DNA from: Vicugna vicugna
Taxonomy: Eukaryota
Assembly (NCBI GenBank): GCA_013265495.1
Contig: MU057776.1
Location: 124,001 to 188,000, forward strand
Direction of reading: 5' to 3'
Length of the DNA: 64,000 bases
The position numbers and the translations under genes were made by a program. How positions within the stretch are numbered: position 1 is the first letter of the stretch; the number at the start of each line of letters is the position of its first letter. Positions 47,950 to 60,990 of the stretch are shown here, piece by piece. The notes under the pieces are model-generated. The model made no database searches and had not been told where the DNA came from. It was given only the letters and a program-made list of their open reading frames with translations.

Positions 47950-50800
47950 CGAGAGGCAGCAAGGGACCAGCAGAAGGTCGCACACCAGTGGACATCAGTC
48001 TGCGGGTGGCATCTCCTGGGCAGCGAATCTACATCTCCCAAAGTGGGTCCTGTGAACAGTCAGCAAGACCTCAGGCCAGGGGAGTCCGGCAGTTTCTGCA
48101 GTTTAGACATTCAAAGTCTGAGGACTACCTAGTGATGGAGGGTGAGAAGGGCAGTAAGGCCCCAAGGAGTTTGCAAGGACTTCATTGAGACTTGTGTGAT
48201 CTGCCCAGTGAAGTGGGTGCCTCGGTCACTGGAGATTGTGGAAGGTTCACCCCGAGTGGCAGAGAAACACATTCTCTGACAGCTTCTTTGCCACGAAGAG
48301 GGCATCACCCCTGCAGTGAGGGAAGGCATTGACCCACCAGGGAGGTATACGACTGTACAAGCACAGACTGGCAGCTGACACTGGAGGCAGTGGAATGAAT
48401 CCAGCCACCGGTGTGCGCAGGGCTTGAGGGGAAGGGGTTTGAGGCTTCTGGGGACAAAGACTTTTTCGAGGTTTGTGGACCTGGCAGGTCAGACACTGAT
48501 GGTAAACTGTTTTCACAGTTTTGTAGAGGTCTCCCCACCAGTGTTCATTTATAATTTGAACCATATTAAATGCATTGTGGGGGTGAAGGAAGCAGAAGCT
48601 GAAAATGGAGCTTGCCAGGGAGCCACGAAGGACCAAGAAGCCATCACAGGCTTCCCGCAGCCCCGACTGTTTGTTTAATTTACAGCCACTGTTTACCCAT
48701 CTGAATTTCTCTGATGCTGGAGCAGGCGGTTGCCGTGTTACAAGGACACCAGGGTGGGCAAAGAGGGGCCATTTTTCACAACAACAGCAAGGACTTCCTC
48801 TGCTGGGCCACAATCTCACGGTTCTACTGCCGCTGCCTTTGCATGAAGGCCACCGGGCGCTTCCCTGACACCCAGGGTCACGCCTCTTCGTGGGACCCCA
48901 ACTTTGATGACAGCAACCTCAGAAGACAAGAGGATAGCAGACAGAGCTCGTTTACGTGCGGCCCACTTTTCACGGCGGTCCCAGAGGATGAAGAAACCGC
49001 CTTTGTTTCCGTAACATCCCCAAATCACGGGCCACCCCAAAGGCATCCTGGCTGCCAGTATGAACGTTTGCAGTGCGTCCTTCTGACAACTGGCGTGCTC
49101 GGGCGAGCGCGGGAAGCCCGCCCTCACCTGGCTGATGTGGCTGGTGGGAGGTGCCCTTCCCAGCAGGTCCTACCGGGCAGTAATAGCACAGCCAGCTAGG
49201 AAATCCCTTTTCTTGTCTGCGCAGTGTGACCCGTCAACAAACAAGTAGACCAGGCGAGGGGTGTGAACCAGGGTGTGGGGTGAGAAGCGGGACGTTTTCC
49301 CGTCCCCGCTGGCCGGCGAGGCTGGAGGGAGTCAGGATTAAGGATGTGGCAGCGTTTCGGATGCAGGCTATGAGGTGGAGCAGGAGACTGGGTTGTGGGC
49401 TGGGCTCCCTGCTGGGAAACGCCAAGTCAGCGCGGTCAGGAAGACTTTGGACGGTGTGAGAGGTCTGTAAATACCCGTCACTTCCTGGGGCCAAATCCGT
49501 CTCTACTAAGTGTGCGAGGCCGCTGCAGCCTCAGGGCGGCTGGGCCAACGCCAGTCGCAGGTCCCGTGTGTGCCTCGCCAGGAAGCAGGCCCTTGTGAAC
49601 TACCGGGTCTGCGGGAGCCTCCCAGGGCCTGGCTCGCTCTCTCATGACAAATAAGGTGAAAGGTCTAGGAGAGCGGGGTGGCCCGAGGGAGAGGGGCTTG
49701 TCCTAGTCCTGGACCCCCTCTTAGGCTTATCTTCCCAGGGACAGGGCTTGGGGCCTGAAATGTCACAACTTCACAAAGCGGGGAAGCAAACAGGGAAGTT
49801 AGCAACCCGCAGTCTACAACATCCCGGCAGGCCTAGAAATCCACGAGGCTGCCACTCAGCTGTGGGTCCAGGAAACTCCTGGATTAGTTTAACTCTTCCT
49901 GGAGACAGCTGAATTCTTTCAGGGCTTAAATTAGGACTCAGGTAACGAACTAGTGTCTGGAGACAATCGTAGTTATTCCTCGGAGACTCTGTCCTTTTTC
50001 AGTTAACAGTCAGCAAACAGACGGGCCCTTTTGGTCACCTCTTTGGTGACTGAGCACAGCCAGCACCTGCATCTTGTAACAGGGGTGGGACGCTGCTCCC
50101 TTCTCAGTGCAGCACTTGGGAGATGCTGAAGAAGGCTGACAAAGGCCCGTGGCCCTGAACCACTTGGAGTCCATCAGAACATGCTACGGAGGGTGTTCAG
50201 GCTTCGAACAGCCGGGAAGCATGGAGTCACTGACTTGTCAACAGCTCTCAGAGCCTGAGGCTTTCGGACAGGCAGGACCTGCGTTGCAGGGGCTGGAACA
50301 GAGAGAGATTAGGTCTGGAGGGTGGGAGGCCTCGTATGGCCGGAGGCTTTGATGGCTATGGAGGTTTAGCTGTGTCTCTGGATTTTACAGGTCCTGCCAG
50401 TGTCAGTATCAGAGGGAGCCCGCAGGTTCTCAGGCACCTCAGCTAGTTGAGGGGACTTTTGCTGGACTTCTACCTCTTCTGTGACAAAGACAGACGGTGG
50501 GGAGCATTAAAGGCCAGGTGCAGGTCGGCCAGGAAACGACAAGGCGGCATCTCCACTGGAGGCAGAGCTATCAGCTCCTTAACTCGGGAAGGAGAGCTCC
50601 GCCTGGGCCTCCTCTCCGCGGGCCCGCGCCCCGTCTCCAGTAAAAGGCCCCGGAGTCACTTGCGCTGGTTGAGACAGACATTCTCTCTAACCGGGTGCCT
50701 CGCCCTGGAAGCTGTGTTTCGCTCTGAGGGATTCGCTGTCCTGGGAGGGCAGGGTTTAGGTAGGGACGGCAGCGCGAGCAGCTACTAGAGTTTGGCAAAG
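47950..50800 (-). pseudogene. ERV pol remnant
   Basis: Integrase motifs HWW...CLTCQVH (48470-48545) and GEPSTISSDRGTHFTGQI (48190-48255); heavily frameshifted. Confidence 0.75.
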
Positions 50801-50999
50801 TTTTCCGTTACTTTTAGCTGTAGTTTCTCCCTGGCAGCAGTTTACGGAGGGTCCCTTGGGGTCCTGTCAGTCCTGGGCGGGGCCCACGTGGGGGGCCTTC
50901 CTTGGGTCAGCTGAGTGGGTGCTGAGGAATTTGCACGGGACCTTTGAGGACAACCTTTTTTGGTGCCCCAGTTGATCGCGAATGAAGTCCCATTCATGG

Positions 51000-52033
51000 G
51001 CCCTCATTCTGACAGTGGGCCCTGTGGAGGGCAGGTTTCTGGCCTTGGAGCATTGTAGCTGTAAGGCCACTGGTTTGAAGGACCTTTGTTTGCAACCTTG
51101 GTCCAAAGTCCTTTCAAAGTGCGTTCCATCAGCTGGGTGGCCTCCCGCCCTATTTTCTGCCTTTTGATTAACCCTCTAATCTCAGGGGATAATGCACTTA
51201 TCAGCAGGGCAGCCAGCACAGGCTGGGTGCCCTCGTTCACCGTGCAGACTCGGGACACTACGGAGGAGCTCCCAGCTGCCACTGTCCGAGCTCCTTCCTG
51301 TCCGTTACAGGACCACGTTGGACATGGCGGACCTCGAATACCACCCTCGGAAGGATGACACTCTGCTTCCGCCTCCACTTTGGGGCGCCCCTGGGCCCTC
51401 CCTGCATGTGCACAGGCTGATAAAGATCTGACAGCCCGGGTCAGAGGCCCCAGGAATGACTCTAAACCCTTCAAAAACCATCTTGGGCTCCTTCCTGGGA
51501 GCCCTAAAGGGAGTGTTTGAACTCTGGCCCTTGCTTTGCTCTTTGACCGAGGAGTGAAGGGTACCGAGGAGGAAGGCCTGCAGCCTCGGGCAGCTTTCTT
51601 CTAAAAGGCACCCATGTGGTCACCTCTCCAGAGCGAAAAGGCCGTCCAGGCAGTGAAATGAGAGGCTCGGGGAGAGAAGGCTGCAGGGGAGGCCCTGCGG
51701 CCCGTCCTCTGCTGCCTCAGGCCTCCTCCTGCCTGTTTCCACCAGCCTTCTGGCTGCTTTCCGGCCTTGAGGCCTTGTGGAGGCTCCTGCACACCAGTCA
51801 AGACAGGTGTCACCTGTCTGCTCGATTTGGGAGCCTTCACTCTGAAGTGCACCTCTGAAATGAACAATCTTGTTTAAGTAGAACGTTCCCTGTGATGGCC
51901 GCTGTAATTTCAGGTCGTTTTTAGTAATATTTTGCCGATTTGGTTGATATATATAGCTTCCATGCCCATAGTTATCAGACCTAAAATTAACAGGTGTACT
52001 GGGAGGTGGAGCACCTGACTGTTTGGAGTTCAC
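51000..52033 (-). pseudogene. ERV gag remnant
   Basis: Matrix-like 'LQRPSQGTFYLNKIVHFRGAL' and capsid-end-like 'LAALLISALSPEIRGLIKRQKIG'; located downstream of the PBS and leader. Confidence 0.6.
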
Positions 52034-52771
52034 AGATCCCGTGAGCTAAGGCTTCGGGTCTCTTGGAGCCTAGCTAATACTTCGCGGGGTGCGCAGCTGG
52101 GTCGGGGCCGGTGCATGCATCACGGTGCACTCACTGCTCCGAAGTGCCCTTCAGGTTGGCAGGTGTCCCAGAGTCAACTGAACCCCTCCTATGACCATCT
52201 TACCCTAACACACGGGCCCTTGGGTGCAACGCCTTGTGCTCTGACAGCTGTTAAGTGCTCAACCCCTGCTCCGCAATTTTTGCAGGTATTGGCCTCTGGG
52301 ATCCCCATTAGCAATCACCTTTATCTACACAAAATGAGACAAAAAAACGTGTACCTTAACACGCCAGCAGCAACCAAGAGATGCTACTGCACCCTGGCCA
52401 AGAGAAGGCCCCGTGTGCACCACCCGCGCCCATGGAACCTCGGCCTGGGGAAAGGGCTGGGTCAGCAGACCTCAACAAGGAGGCTGCAGGTGAGGGGCTC
52501 TCTCTGGACAGAACCCATGGGGGGAAATCCACACAGAAATCTGGGAACTGCAGTCGGAAAGTCTAGGGGCTTAGCTCCTGGCAGAGCTGGCTGCCAGCAT
52601 GAGTGGTCCTGCCCTGTAAGCCAATTCGGTAAGGAGTGGACACAGATCTCAGAACCAAGGGCAGACTCACCACGGCCCCTGGAGACAGTGAGAGGCAGTG
52701 AACTTGAGAAGAGGCTGATGGTACCATGATTGCGTATCTCCCTGTCCCCAAGCTGCTGGAAGTGTCTTTTG

Positions 52772-52789
52772 ATCCCACTGCTGCCACCA
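52772..52789 (-). promoter_or_regulatory. Primer-binding site, tRNA-Leu type
   Basis: TGGTGGCAGCAGTGGGAT lies just inside the 5' LTR and is complementary to the tRNA-Leu 3' end (ATCCCACyGCTGCCACCA). Confidence 0.8.
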
Positions 52790-55245
52790 AGTCTATTAAA
52801 TAACAAAAATTCAGCTGAGTAAATCTGAAGATCTAATTGGCTTTATTGAGCGATTCACGAATCAGGCAGTCTCTCATCCAGCAACAGAAAGGAGTTCCAT
52901 GATAGCTGCAGAAAATCCAAGTTTTTAAAGGCAGGAAGGAGTGAGAAAAGGAAACTATTAGCAAGGAACACATTGCTCCAGGCGAGGCTGCCCTCTGAAG
53001 GGGAGTGGAGGCTGCTGACTCCGGAATTCCAGGTTGGCTGGTTAAAGGCCACATTCCTGGGTAGGGTTTAAACTGCAGTTAGGTTAGGTGTTAAGCTTTG
53101 GTTCGTTGCCGTGTGGCCTGACACCAGTGACTCCATTTGGGTTTGTCACCTCCTTTTTAACAGAGATCATGAATTTTTGACAACAGTACTATAGACATGA
53201 TGTTGGGACCTTCCCAGTGCACCCTAACATGGAGCTCGTGACATGGACGCAAAACGTATCATATTGTGTCTACTAGCAGTGATGTTGCCCTTGGCCACTG
53301 GTGCAGACGGCATCTACTAGGGTCTCCCTGTAAAACCGCTGTGTTTTCATCATGGATAATTAATCCATTTCGAGAGTGTGCAAATCTCGTTTCTCCTCCA
53401 GCTTTCTCCCGCAGTTTTGGTCCCCGTCAGTTGCTGCCCAGTGGTGGCTTTCTGTTTACCTCTCCCTCGGCACTAGGTAACTAGAACTCTGCTGTAAAGA
53501 AGAGCTTCCCTTATCTTCCGTTTACGTATTAAATCAGCCGCTTCTTTAGGTCAGTAAGGACGGAGGGACACTTACCTGCCTCTTTGGCCTACAGCCCAGT
53601 GACTCTCACTGCGTCGCTGCTGACGGTGTCCTGGCTCGTACCGCTGCGGGCTCCTGGGGTTGGCACCTACATCCTGTCCACAGCCGCGTCTGGTTTTGTT
53701 TACAGTTTGAGTGCTTCCTCGGGCTCCGGCACCTCAGGGCGCTCCAGGCCCACCCTGGGGAGTCCCTGCCCTGCCCTGGCGTCAGCTGTTTCTCCAAGGA
53801 GCCTGGCTCCTTTCCTGGGCGCTCTGTGCTCCTGGCTTCCGGGCCCTCTCAGTGGAGATGGGAAATACATGCACGCGTTGTAACTGTGCACAAACATGCA
53901 CCTCCATTTATCTGTATCTTTCTTAATGTATTTAAAATCCACACGCTTCTGGTGGGAGTCCCAGTCAACAATGCAGGGCTAGTGGCCAGCCTTCCCCTTC
54001 CCTCTCCTAACTTCTTTCCCCAACAGTGAGGGTGCTTACCAGTTCTTAACTACAGAGACTCAGGCACTTGCCTAGTTGTCATATCCGGATAAAGCTGTTT
54101 CAGGACTCCCAGACCACAACCTGAGGGCGCTCCACTCACCCCAACATTCACACGTGGCCCGTTTTGCGGAGGTGTCAGCCTGCGGCGTCCAGCTTGGTGG
54201 CTGTTTCCTGGGCGACTTGGATGGGGTCTGTCCTCCCCGCCCCCCTCGGCGGGGCTCCCTCGTCTGTGACGGACCCGTCTGTGGAGCCTGGCGTGCGCGT
54301 TGGACGCTCCCGCGGTCCTGAGCAGTGAGACTGCTTGTTTGCTTTTCGGCTAGGCGAAGCATTACTTTGGTTCCAGCAGCTGAATTTCCACAGAAGGATG
54401 GACTCTGTGAGGCGCACCCACCCCCGGAGGTAACCAGCCTCTTCAGTTTCTGGTTTACCCTCCCAAGTGTCTTTCCCACAAAGGAGCAGACACACGTGCA
54501 TTCTCTCGCGTCGCCGTCTTTCTTAAAGGAGCGGAAGCGCTGAGCGTGCTTTTCTCTCACCCTCTGTGTGGAGCAGCCCTCCTCCTGCTTTTCCCAGCGC
54601 CCGGAACGCCACTGTGTGGCTGCACCACCGTTTATTCCACCTCTTTCTTAAGCTTGGACATTTAGGTTGATCCTACTGGTTTGCCATTGCAAACCGTGTT
54701 GCAGCGAATCCCCTTGTGAATATGCGTTTCACACTGTTTGAAGTGCATCTTCAGAGCAGATTCCTAAAAGTAGGATTGCTTGGTCAAAGTAAATGCATAT
54801 AGATTTTTGTTGGGTGTGCGCAAGTTTCCCTTCAGAACAGCACCATTTGCCTCCCTCCAGCGAAGGGCATGTGCTGGTTTCCCCGAAGCTTCACAACACA
54901 GTGTGTCGGAGTTGTAATTTCCTGCCACTTTGATAGGTGAGAAGTGGGCTCTCATCTTATGTTAATTTGCATTTCTCTAATGATGAGTGAATTTAAAACT
55001 TCTTCGTATGTTTAGGGTCACTTTTTTTTAATGTGAGTTGTCTGCTCATATCTTTTCTCCATTTTCCTGTTCAGCTTTATGAGGCTTCTTGACGCCCTGG
55101 GGACGCCAGTCCCTTGTCTGTCCTGTGTGTTCCCAATATCTTCTCCCAGCTTGTCTGCTGTTTGTACTTCGTCACACAAATCTTAAACCTTTATGTAGTC
55201 AAATTTATTCACCTTTTGTTTTGTCTGGATTCTACATCTTAGTTA

Positions 55246-56372
55246 TGTTAAAGAACAAAATTCAGCTGAGCAAATTTGAAGATCTAGCTGGGGCTGTTCA
55301 GTGACGTGCGAATTGGCAGCACACCACCCTGCAAGGAGCAGGGCATTGGGGCGGCCAGGACAGGAGGTTCTTTAGGGTGGAGGGTTCTCAAAACACTGAA
55401 AATCAGACTGCCGTGTCACCCAGCAGTCCCACTCCTGGGTACATATCCCCAAAAAACCACAGACACTAACTTGAGAAGATGCACACACCCCAGTGTTCAC
55501 AGCAGCATTATTTACAGTTGCCAACATATGGAAGCAACCTAAATGTCCATCAACAGATGACTGGATAAAGAAGATGGGCTATATACGTATATATTTGTAT
55601 TACACACTGGAATACTACTCAGCCATGAAGAAGAATGAAATATTGCCATTTGCAGCAACATGGCTGGACTAGGAGGGCATTATGCTTAGTAAAATGTCAG
55701 ACAGAGATAAACAAATACCGTATGACATCACTTATAAGTGGAATCTAAAAAGTACAACAAACTAGCAAATATAACAAAAAAGAAGCAGATCCACAGAGAG
55801 AGCAAACCAGTGCTTACCAGTGGGAGAAGGGGCAGGGAGAGGAAGTGCAGGGGCAGGGGAGTGAGAGGCACAAACTGTCAGGTGTGAAGCAACCTAGGAG
55901 GGCACGTGTGCGCACGGGGAACACAGCCAACATTGTAGAACCGGGAAGAGCATGCCTTTAAAACCTGGGAGTCGCTACGTTGCACACTTACAACAGATAC
56001 AATATTGCACCTCAGTTATACTTCCACTTCTGTAAAGCACAAGAAAAAAGGACGCTTCTACAGACAGGAGGGTAGGGCAGAGAGGTCATTCGCCAAAGAC
56101 AAGAAGGGTCACTCAGGGCCAGGACCTCTTCTTGGCGGGGGAGGGAAGAGCAGGGGGTTTTATCAGGCATAAGCCTCTGCCCCTGGGGAAGGAGTGCGCC
56201 CACGGGCCGTTCGCCTCCTCAGCGCTGACCGGGAACTCCGGCCGGCTGACCAGATCGCATATTGCACTTCCAGGAGGCTTAGGTGCAGGTAAGTCGGGTG
56301 GGGGGAGGGGCTGGGTGTGGGTCACGGCTGTAGCGCAGTGGCGCCATCTGGGGCCTGTGCTTTCTCCCTGCG
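55246..56372 (-). mobile_element. Solo LTR of the provirus family, split by a + strand L1 3' fragment (~55370-56045)
   Basis: 'tgttaaagaacaaaattcagctgagcaaatttgaagatctag' matches both provirus LTRs. The insert has L1 'ggaatactactcagccat' and 3' UTR motifs. Confidence 0.75.
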
Positions 56373-57272
56373 GGTCAGGAAGCTCTTCTCTGCCCTGAGG
56401 TCAGGGAGGGAGGCACCTGTTTTCTTCTGGCGCTTGTGTGGCTTCAGATTCCACTTCAGAGCCCAGCCCATCTGTGCCCCGGGCACTGGGCGCCCTCTGT
56501 GCTGGGCTCAGTCCTGAGCCTCCGACTCCACCCAGAGGTCGGGGAGGTCACGGGGAATTGTGCTCGCCAGGCTTTGCAAGAGTCCAGGTCCATCTGGTGT
56601 GATGACTCAGTCAGATGCTATGTCGGTCAACTGGTGGCTTTTCTTTAAAGTATCCACTTCCTGGTGTGGGGGGGGGCTGCCCCCGCTTCCTGGGGGCCCT
56701 AGGGATGTGAGGGACTGGCCTCCTCCTCTTAGAGCCTGGGCTCCGGCCTCCCCCTGGCAGAGCTGTGGCGGGAAGCCCGTGCTGGTGTATCTGAACTGCC
56801 CACTGACCAGGGGGCCTCCTCCACTGTCCCTCAGTCAGCCCCAGCCTCTGCCCCCGGAGAGCCCTGGGGTTTTGCCTGGAAAACCTCTGGGAAGCGGAGA
56901 GAACTATTTTCTAAAACATGTGCTCATCCACGTGTATCAGGCGATGTGAGACTTGTACCAGTCCTCGCGACCCCAAGAGGGACCCTGCACCCCACTGCAC
57001 CCCGCCTCTGGTTGACAGAATTGCTGATGTCCCCCAGGCCCCCCTGCGCCACAAAAGAGCGGCTCCAGCAGTGAGGACAGGCTGCAGGCGCCGGGGGCAG
57101 CGACCACGCCGGCCACCTCTCGCGACCACTACCTGGGCCTGTCCCCTCATCTCCCTTTGCAACTTTCATGGCTGAGCAGAATCTCTGGAGACTTTTTTCT
57201 TGAGGGGACACTAGGTCCACCAGATTGCTGGCACTCTGGTTAAAAGCAACTTTCCCTTTTGTTACCAAGGCT

Positions 57273-57744
57273 GTTGCCCCCAGGGTCGTACCCCTGCCCC
57301 TCCCTCGATTAGAAACCAGTTACTCTTATCTGTCTCCGGAGGCAGCTGCAGACAGGACACAACCTAGGGAATCCCAGACGGTGGAGGAACTAACTTCCAG
57401 TGGACCTTAAGCCTCATATACGCTCATTGTGATGTGTTAGCTGCTAAGTGACACACTCCCCTCAGCGCCATGACAGCTGACAGTTGCCATGGCAACCACC
57501 AGAAAAGCCCGAACAAGGACTGATTGACTCCATCACACCTGGAAGGAGGACGTGATGGCAGAAGCTTCCCATAAAGCCCTCGTGGCCTGACCCGGAGCTG
57601 GAGCCCTCTTGACCACCGTCTTGGCTGACGACTCCCTGCTGGAGCACTTTCCTTCCATTTTCCCTTCTAGAAATAAAAGCAGCTTTTGCTCTGTCCCTCG
57701 GCCTCAGCTGTGAATTCTTTCCAGCTGGCAACAGGTACCCACAC
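57273..57744 (+). mobile_element. Solo LTR
   Basis: Inverted homologue of 16830-17339. Confidence 0.8.
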
Positions 57745-57871
57745 TTTTGTGGGCCTTCTAACTTAGGGGTCTCACTAGCCACTAGCACTAGTAACTCTTA
57801 GACTTTTTTAAAGAAGAGAGACTCTGGGTGTGTTGATTTAACCCCAGAGGGCTGAAGAAACCCCAGGCAGG

Positions 57872-59130
57872 TGTCGACAAAATATTAATCAGTCAGTTTA
57901 AGACAGAAATGGAGAATTTTGCTCGAGCCCAATTTGAGGATTGCAGCCTGGGAAGAGCATCTCAGAAAGCTCTGAGAACTGCTCCGCTGGCTAGAGAGCA
58001 GCCCTCGGTTATCCACGCCTTTCCAAAGGGCTGCACGTCAAACGACGCGCCATTCACAGCCGGCACAATCTAAGCGCCCTCACGGTAGCCACGTGCCCCG
58101 GGTGAGGTGAAGACGGGGTGGTCCCTCCTGAGAAGTTGTCTTGGTTGGTTGTTTTTATTGAAGTAGTTGGTTTACGACATTGTGTTAGTTTCTCGTGTAC
58201 AGCACAGTGATTCAGTTATAATCTGTATATTCCTTTTCAGACTCGTTTCCATGTGGGTCATTACAAGGAATTGAGTACAGTTCCCTGTGCTCTACAGCAG
58301 GATCTTGTTCTTAATTTTATATATAGTAGTGTGTATCCGTTAATCCCAAACTCCTAATTTATCCCTGCCTTCCCCATCCCCTTTGGTAACCATAAGTTTG
58401 TTTTCTATGTCTGTGAGTCTGTTTCTGGTTGGTTGGTTGGTTAGTTTGTTCGTGTTTTACAAAATAGGCACAGAGTTTCCATTACTTTCTAGCACAGGGG
58501 ACGTCAGGATTTGAACCCAGGCCAGTGTGCTCCAGAACCATGTCCTTTATCGCCCCGCTACCCTGATTCCCATTTTTCTTTGTTTGGGGTGGTGATTAGG
58601 TTTATTTATTTTTATGGCAGTCCTGGGGATTGAACCCAGGACCTTGTGCGTGCTAAGCACAAGCTCTGCCACTAAGCTGTACTCTCTCCCCATTTCTGTA
58701 TTGTGAAAAATTTCCTTTGTGTCATTTTCTTATATTCCACACATAAGTGACAAGTGATATTTGTCATCCTCTGTCTGACTTACTTCACTTAGTATGATCA
58801 TCTCTAGGTCCAACCATGTGGCTGCAGATGGCATTATGTCATTCTTTTTATGGCTGAGTAGTATTCCACTGTATACATACACCACAGCTCCCTTATCCAG
58901 TCCTCATCGATGGGTACCTAGGTTGCTTCCAGTGAGCTGTCTTGTTGGTGCTGGGAGACTGCTGCTCCTTATGGTTGAGCAGGTGTCCCTGCTGATGGGG
59001 GAGGTCTCGTTGATGCATAAATGCAGATACACAGTGCACGTGGTGGGAGAGAGGAGCCAAGAGGGCAGAGAAGAATTTTTCATGTTTAAATTTTTCTTGT
59101 CTTGCCATAAAAATCTGAATTTTATTTCAC
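57872..59130 (-). mobile_element. LTR interrupted by an L1 3' fragment (~58143-58932)
   Basis: The LTR start matches 3902-4033 and the L1 piece matches 4034-4545. TSD-like 'agttgtcttg'/'agctgtcttg'. Confidence 0.75.
58573..58691 (-). mobile_element. vic-1-type camelid tRNA-derived SINE
   Basis: Reverse complement GGGAGAGAGTACAGCTTAGTGGCAGAGCTTGTGCTTAGCACGCACAAGGTCCTGGGTTCAATCCCCAG...AAATAAATAAACCTAATCACC has A and B boxes and the vic-1 tail as I recall the consensus. Confidence 0.85.
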
Positions 59131-59267
59131 ACAGGGAGAGGAAGGCCAGGACACAAAGTGCTGGGCAGACACCCCCACCTCTGGCCCGCCGCCGCCTCAC
59201 CTTGCCAACTCCAGGCCTCCGACAGGTGGAGCCAGAGAGGGCTCCAGGGAGGGTTTCTTTTTCAAAC

Positions 59268-59455
59268 TGAAGGGGAGCAGGCCTTTCACCCCAAAATATG
59301 TCTCTTTGGCAGAAGGGTTATTTTGAGCGAAAGGCAAAGTCCAGCAGATTCGGGAAAGGTGCCTTGCCTTCCCCTAAACCGCCTAATTTACCCTGGAGAG
59401 GGGCTGGCCCAGGAAGAGAGCTAACAGACTCACTGCAAAGAGGGTAGCCTCTTCG
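59268..59455 (+). mobile_element. MER34-like LTR 5' fragment
   Basis: 'tgaagg...caccccaaaatatgtctctttggcagaagggttattttgagc'; family assigned from memory. Confidence 0.55.
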
Positions 59456-59989
59456 CACGGCACCCTGCTGCCTGCCTTCCTTGCACCCCGGCCCCCACCC
59501 CACCCTGGCTCAGGAAGTTACAGAGGCCGAAGTTACCTGGCTGCCCTCTGGGGCTCACACTTTTACTGGGCCCCTGTATGCACAAGATTACACATGCCGC
59601 AGAACTCGGAGAGAAGGAGGGGAAAGTTACCTGCCCCGACGCAGCAGAACTTCCCTCGATTGTGAAAGCAAAGCCTAGCTGTGGGCTCCCGCTGCCGGGA
59701 ACAGGAGCCGGGAGTTACGGGGCTGTTCCTCAGAGACTGCGGCAGAGAACCTGACAACGCGTCGGATTGCTTTCCTTCCTGGAACGTGAGCTTTTTTGGA
59801 CTTTAACGTAAGATCCAGTTCAATTTCTCTGAGGCCTAGGATACTGTGGGAAAGGATTCATTCTTGTACCTAATTTCTCCTGTGACCCTGGATATTGGGA
59901 AAAGGTTTATATTCAAATCAGGGCTATCACGGCACCAGAGCCTCTTCATGCTGCCGCTGACCGAAAAGCGCAACTTCTGTTACAGACCG

Positions 59990-60990
59990 AAACTGTGGTG
60001 TGAACGAAAAATACTGCAAACCACATCAGTAAACAAAGAATGCAGAAGCCATCAAGTCATCAACCGCTGTCCGTCCCCCCCCCAAGTGAAGACAAGCCTG
60101 CAGCCCGGCCTCTGCAGCCACTCACCATGGTGCCCCCTGAGAGGAACTCAGAAAAGGGCAGGACACTGGCCCTGGATAGCGAGGTGCTTGTCAAAGGAAT
60201 GAATTCAATGAGCCCAAATGTTTGCTTCCTCCCATGCATAGAAAAGTGCTCAATTCTTTAACTTGAGGTGCCTGGTTTTCCTTAGATAACAAGTAATCTT
60301 TTCCTGTTCCAACTACCTGGTCTTTGCTGTAAAGCTCCTGTACATCCTGGCTCCTCCCCTACCTCTTCAGAGCATCTGAGGGGCTGCCATCCCGGCTGGA
60401 GTCCTCCCACCAAATACGACACAACTCTCAACTTTTAAGCTGTGCGTTTACTTCAGAGGTTAAGGATGATTTGGGGTGGAGAGCAGGGTGGGATGGGAAA
60501 TAGGGCCCAGAATACAATGTGGAATAATCTAATGAACAGACTGCTCCTGACCACGGCAGGGTGTGAAGAATGCTGAGGGACACAGCGGGGGGCCGGTGTC
60601 ACGGGCAGTAAAAGCAGGTACAAAAGGCAAAGGGCGAGAACAGAGAGGAGTGTGTTAGGTCACGCTGCCGCAGGCGAGAGGGGCCCGTGGGCCCCGAGGG
60701 CCGGGTGTTGGGGTCTTTTATCAGGTCGGATCACAAGGTAGCCTGATCGGCTTGTGCACACGTCTCTGACTGGCTGCAGGTGAGGTAAGAAGTTTAGGGT
60801 CTATGGCTCTGGTAAGGTGGAGGTGTGGGCTGAAACAAGCCAGCCGGAGCTGTTCCTCAGAGACTGCCAGTTCGTTGGGGAAACACGCCCAGGAAAGAAC
60901 GTACTTTATCTGTTGAGGGATTGCAGGCGGACGTCTGAGAGCCCATGAATGGGGGGTCGTTGGATCTTGAAGGTTGTCAGTTGGCCCCAC
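59990..60990. mobile_element. Two solo LTRs (~59990-60455 and ~60563-60990)
   Basis: Homologous to the 14913-15350 and 13475-14000 families respectively. Confidence 0.65.

Larger units (their letters stand above)
43863..53162 (-). mobile_element. Degenerate full-structure ERV provirus (gamma-like, class I)
   Basis: 3' LTR 43863-44234 and 5' LTR 52794-53162. Candidate 4-bp TSD GAGG/GAGA; the flanks rejoin as an old L1 3' UTR. PBS, gag, integrase and env remnants lie in the correct order. Confidence 0.88.

Noticed and set aside
58620..58691. tRNA gene
   Set aside because: tRNA-derived SINE head with a SINE tail and TSDs.
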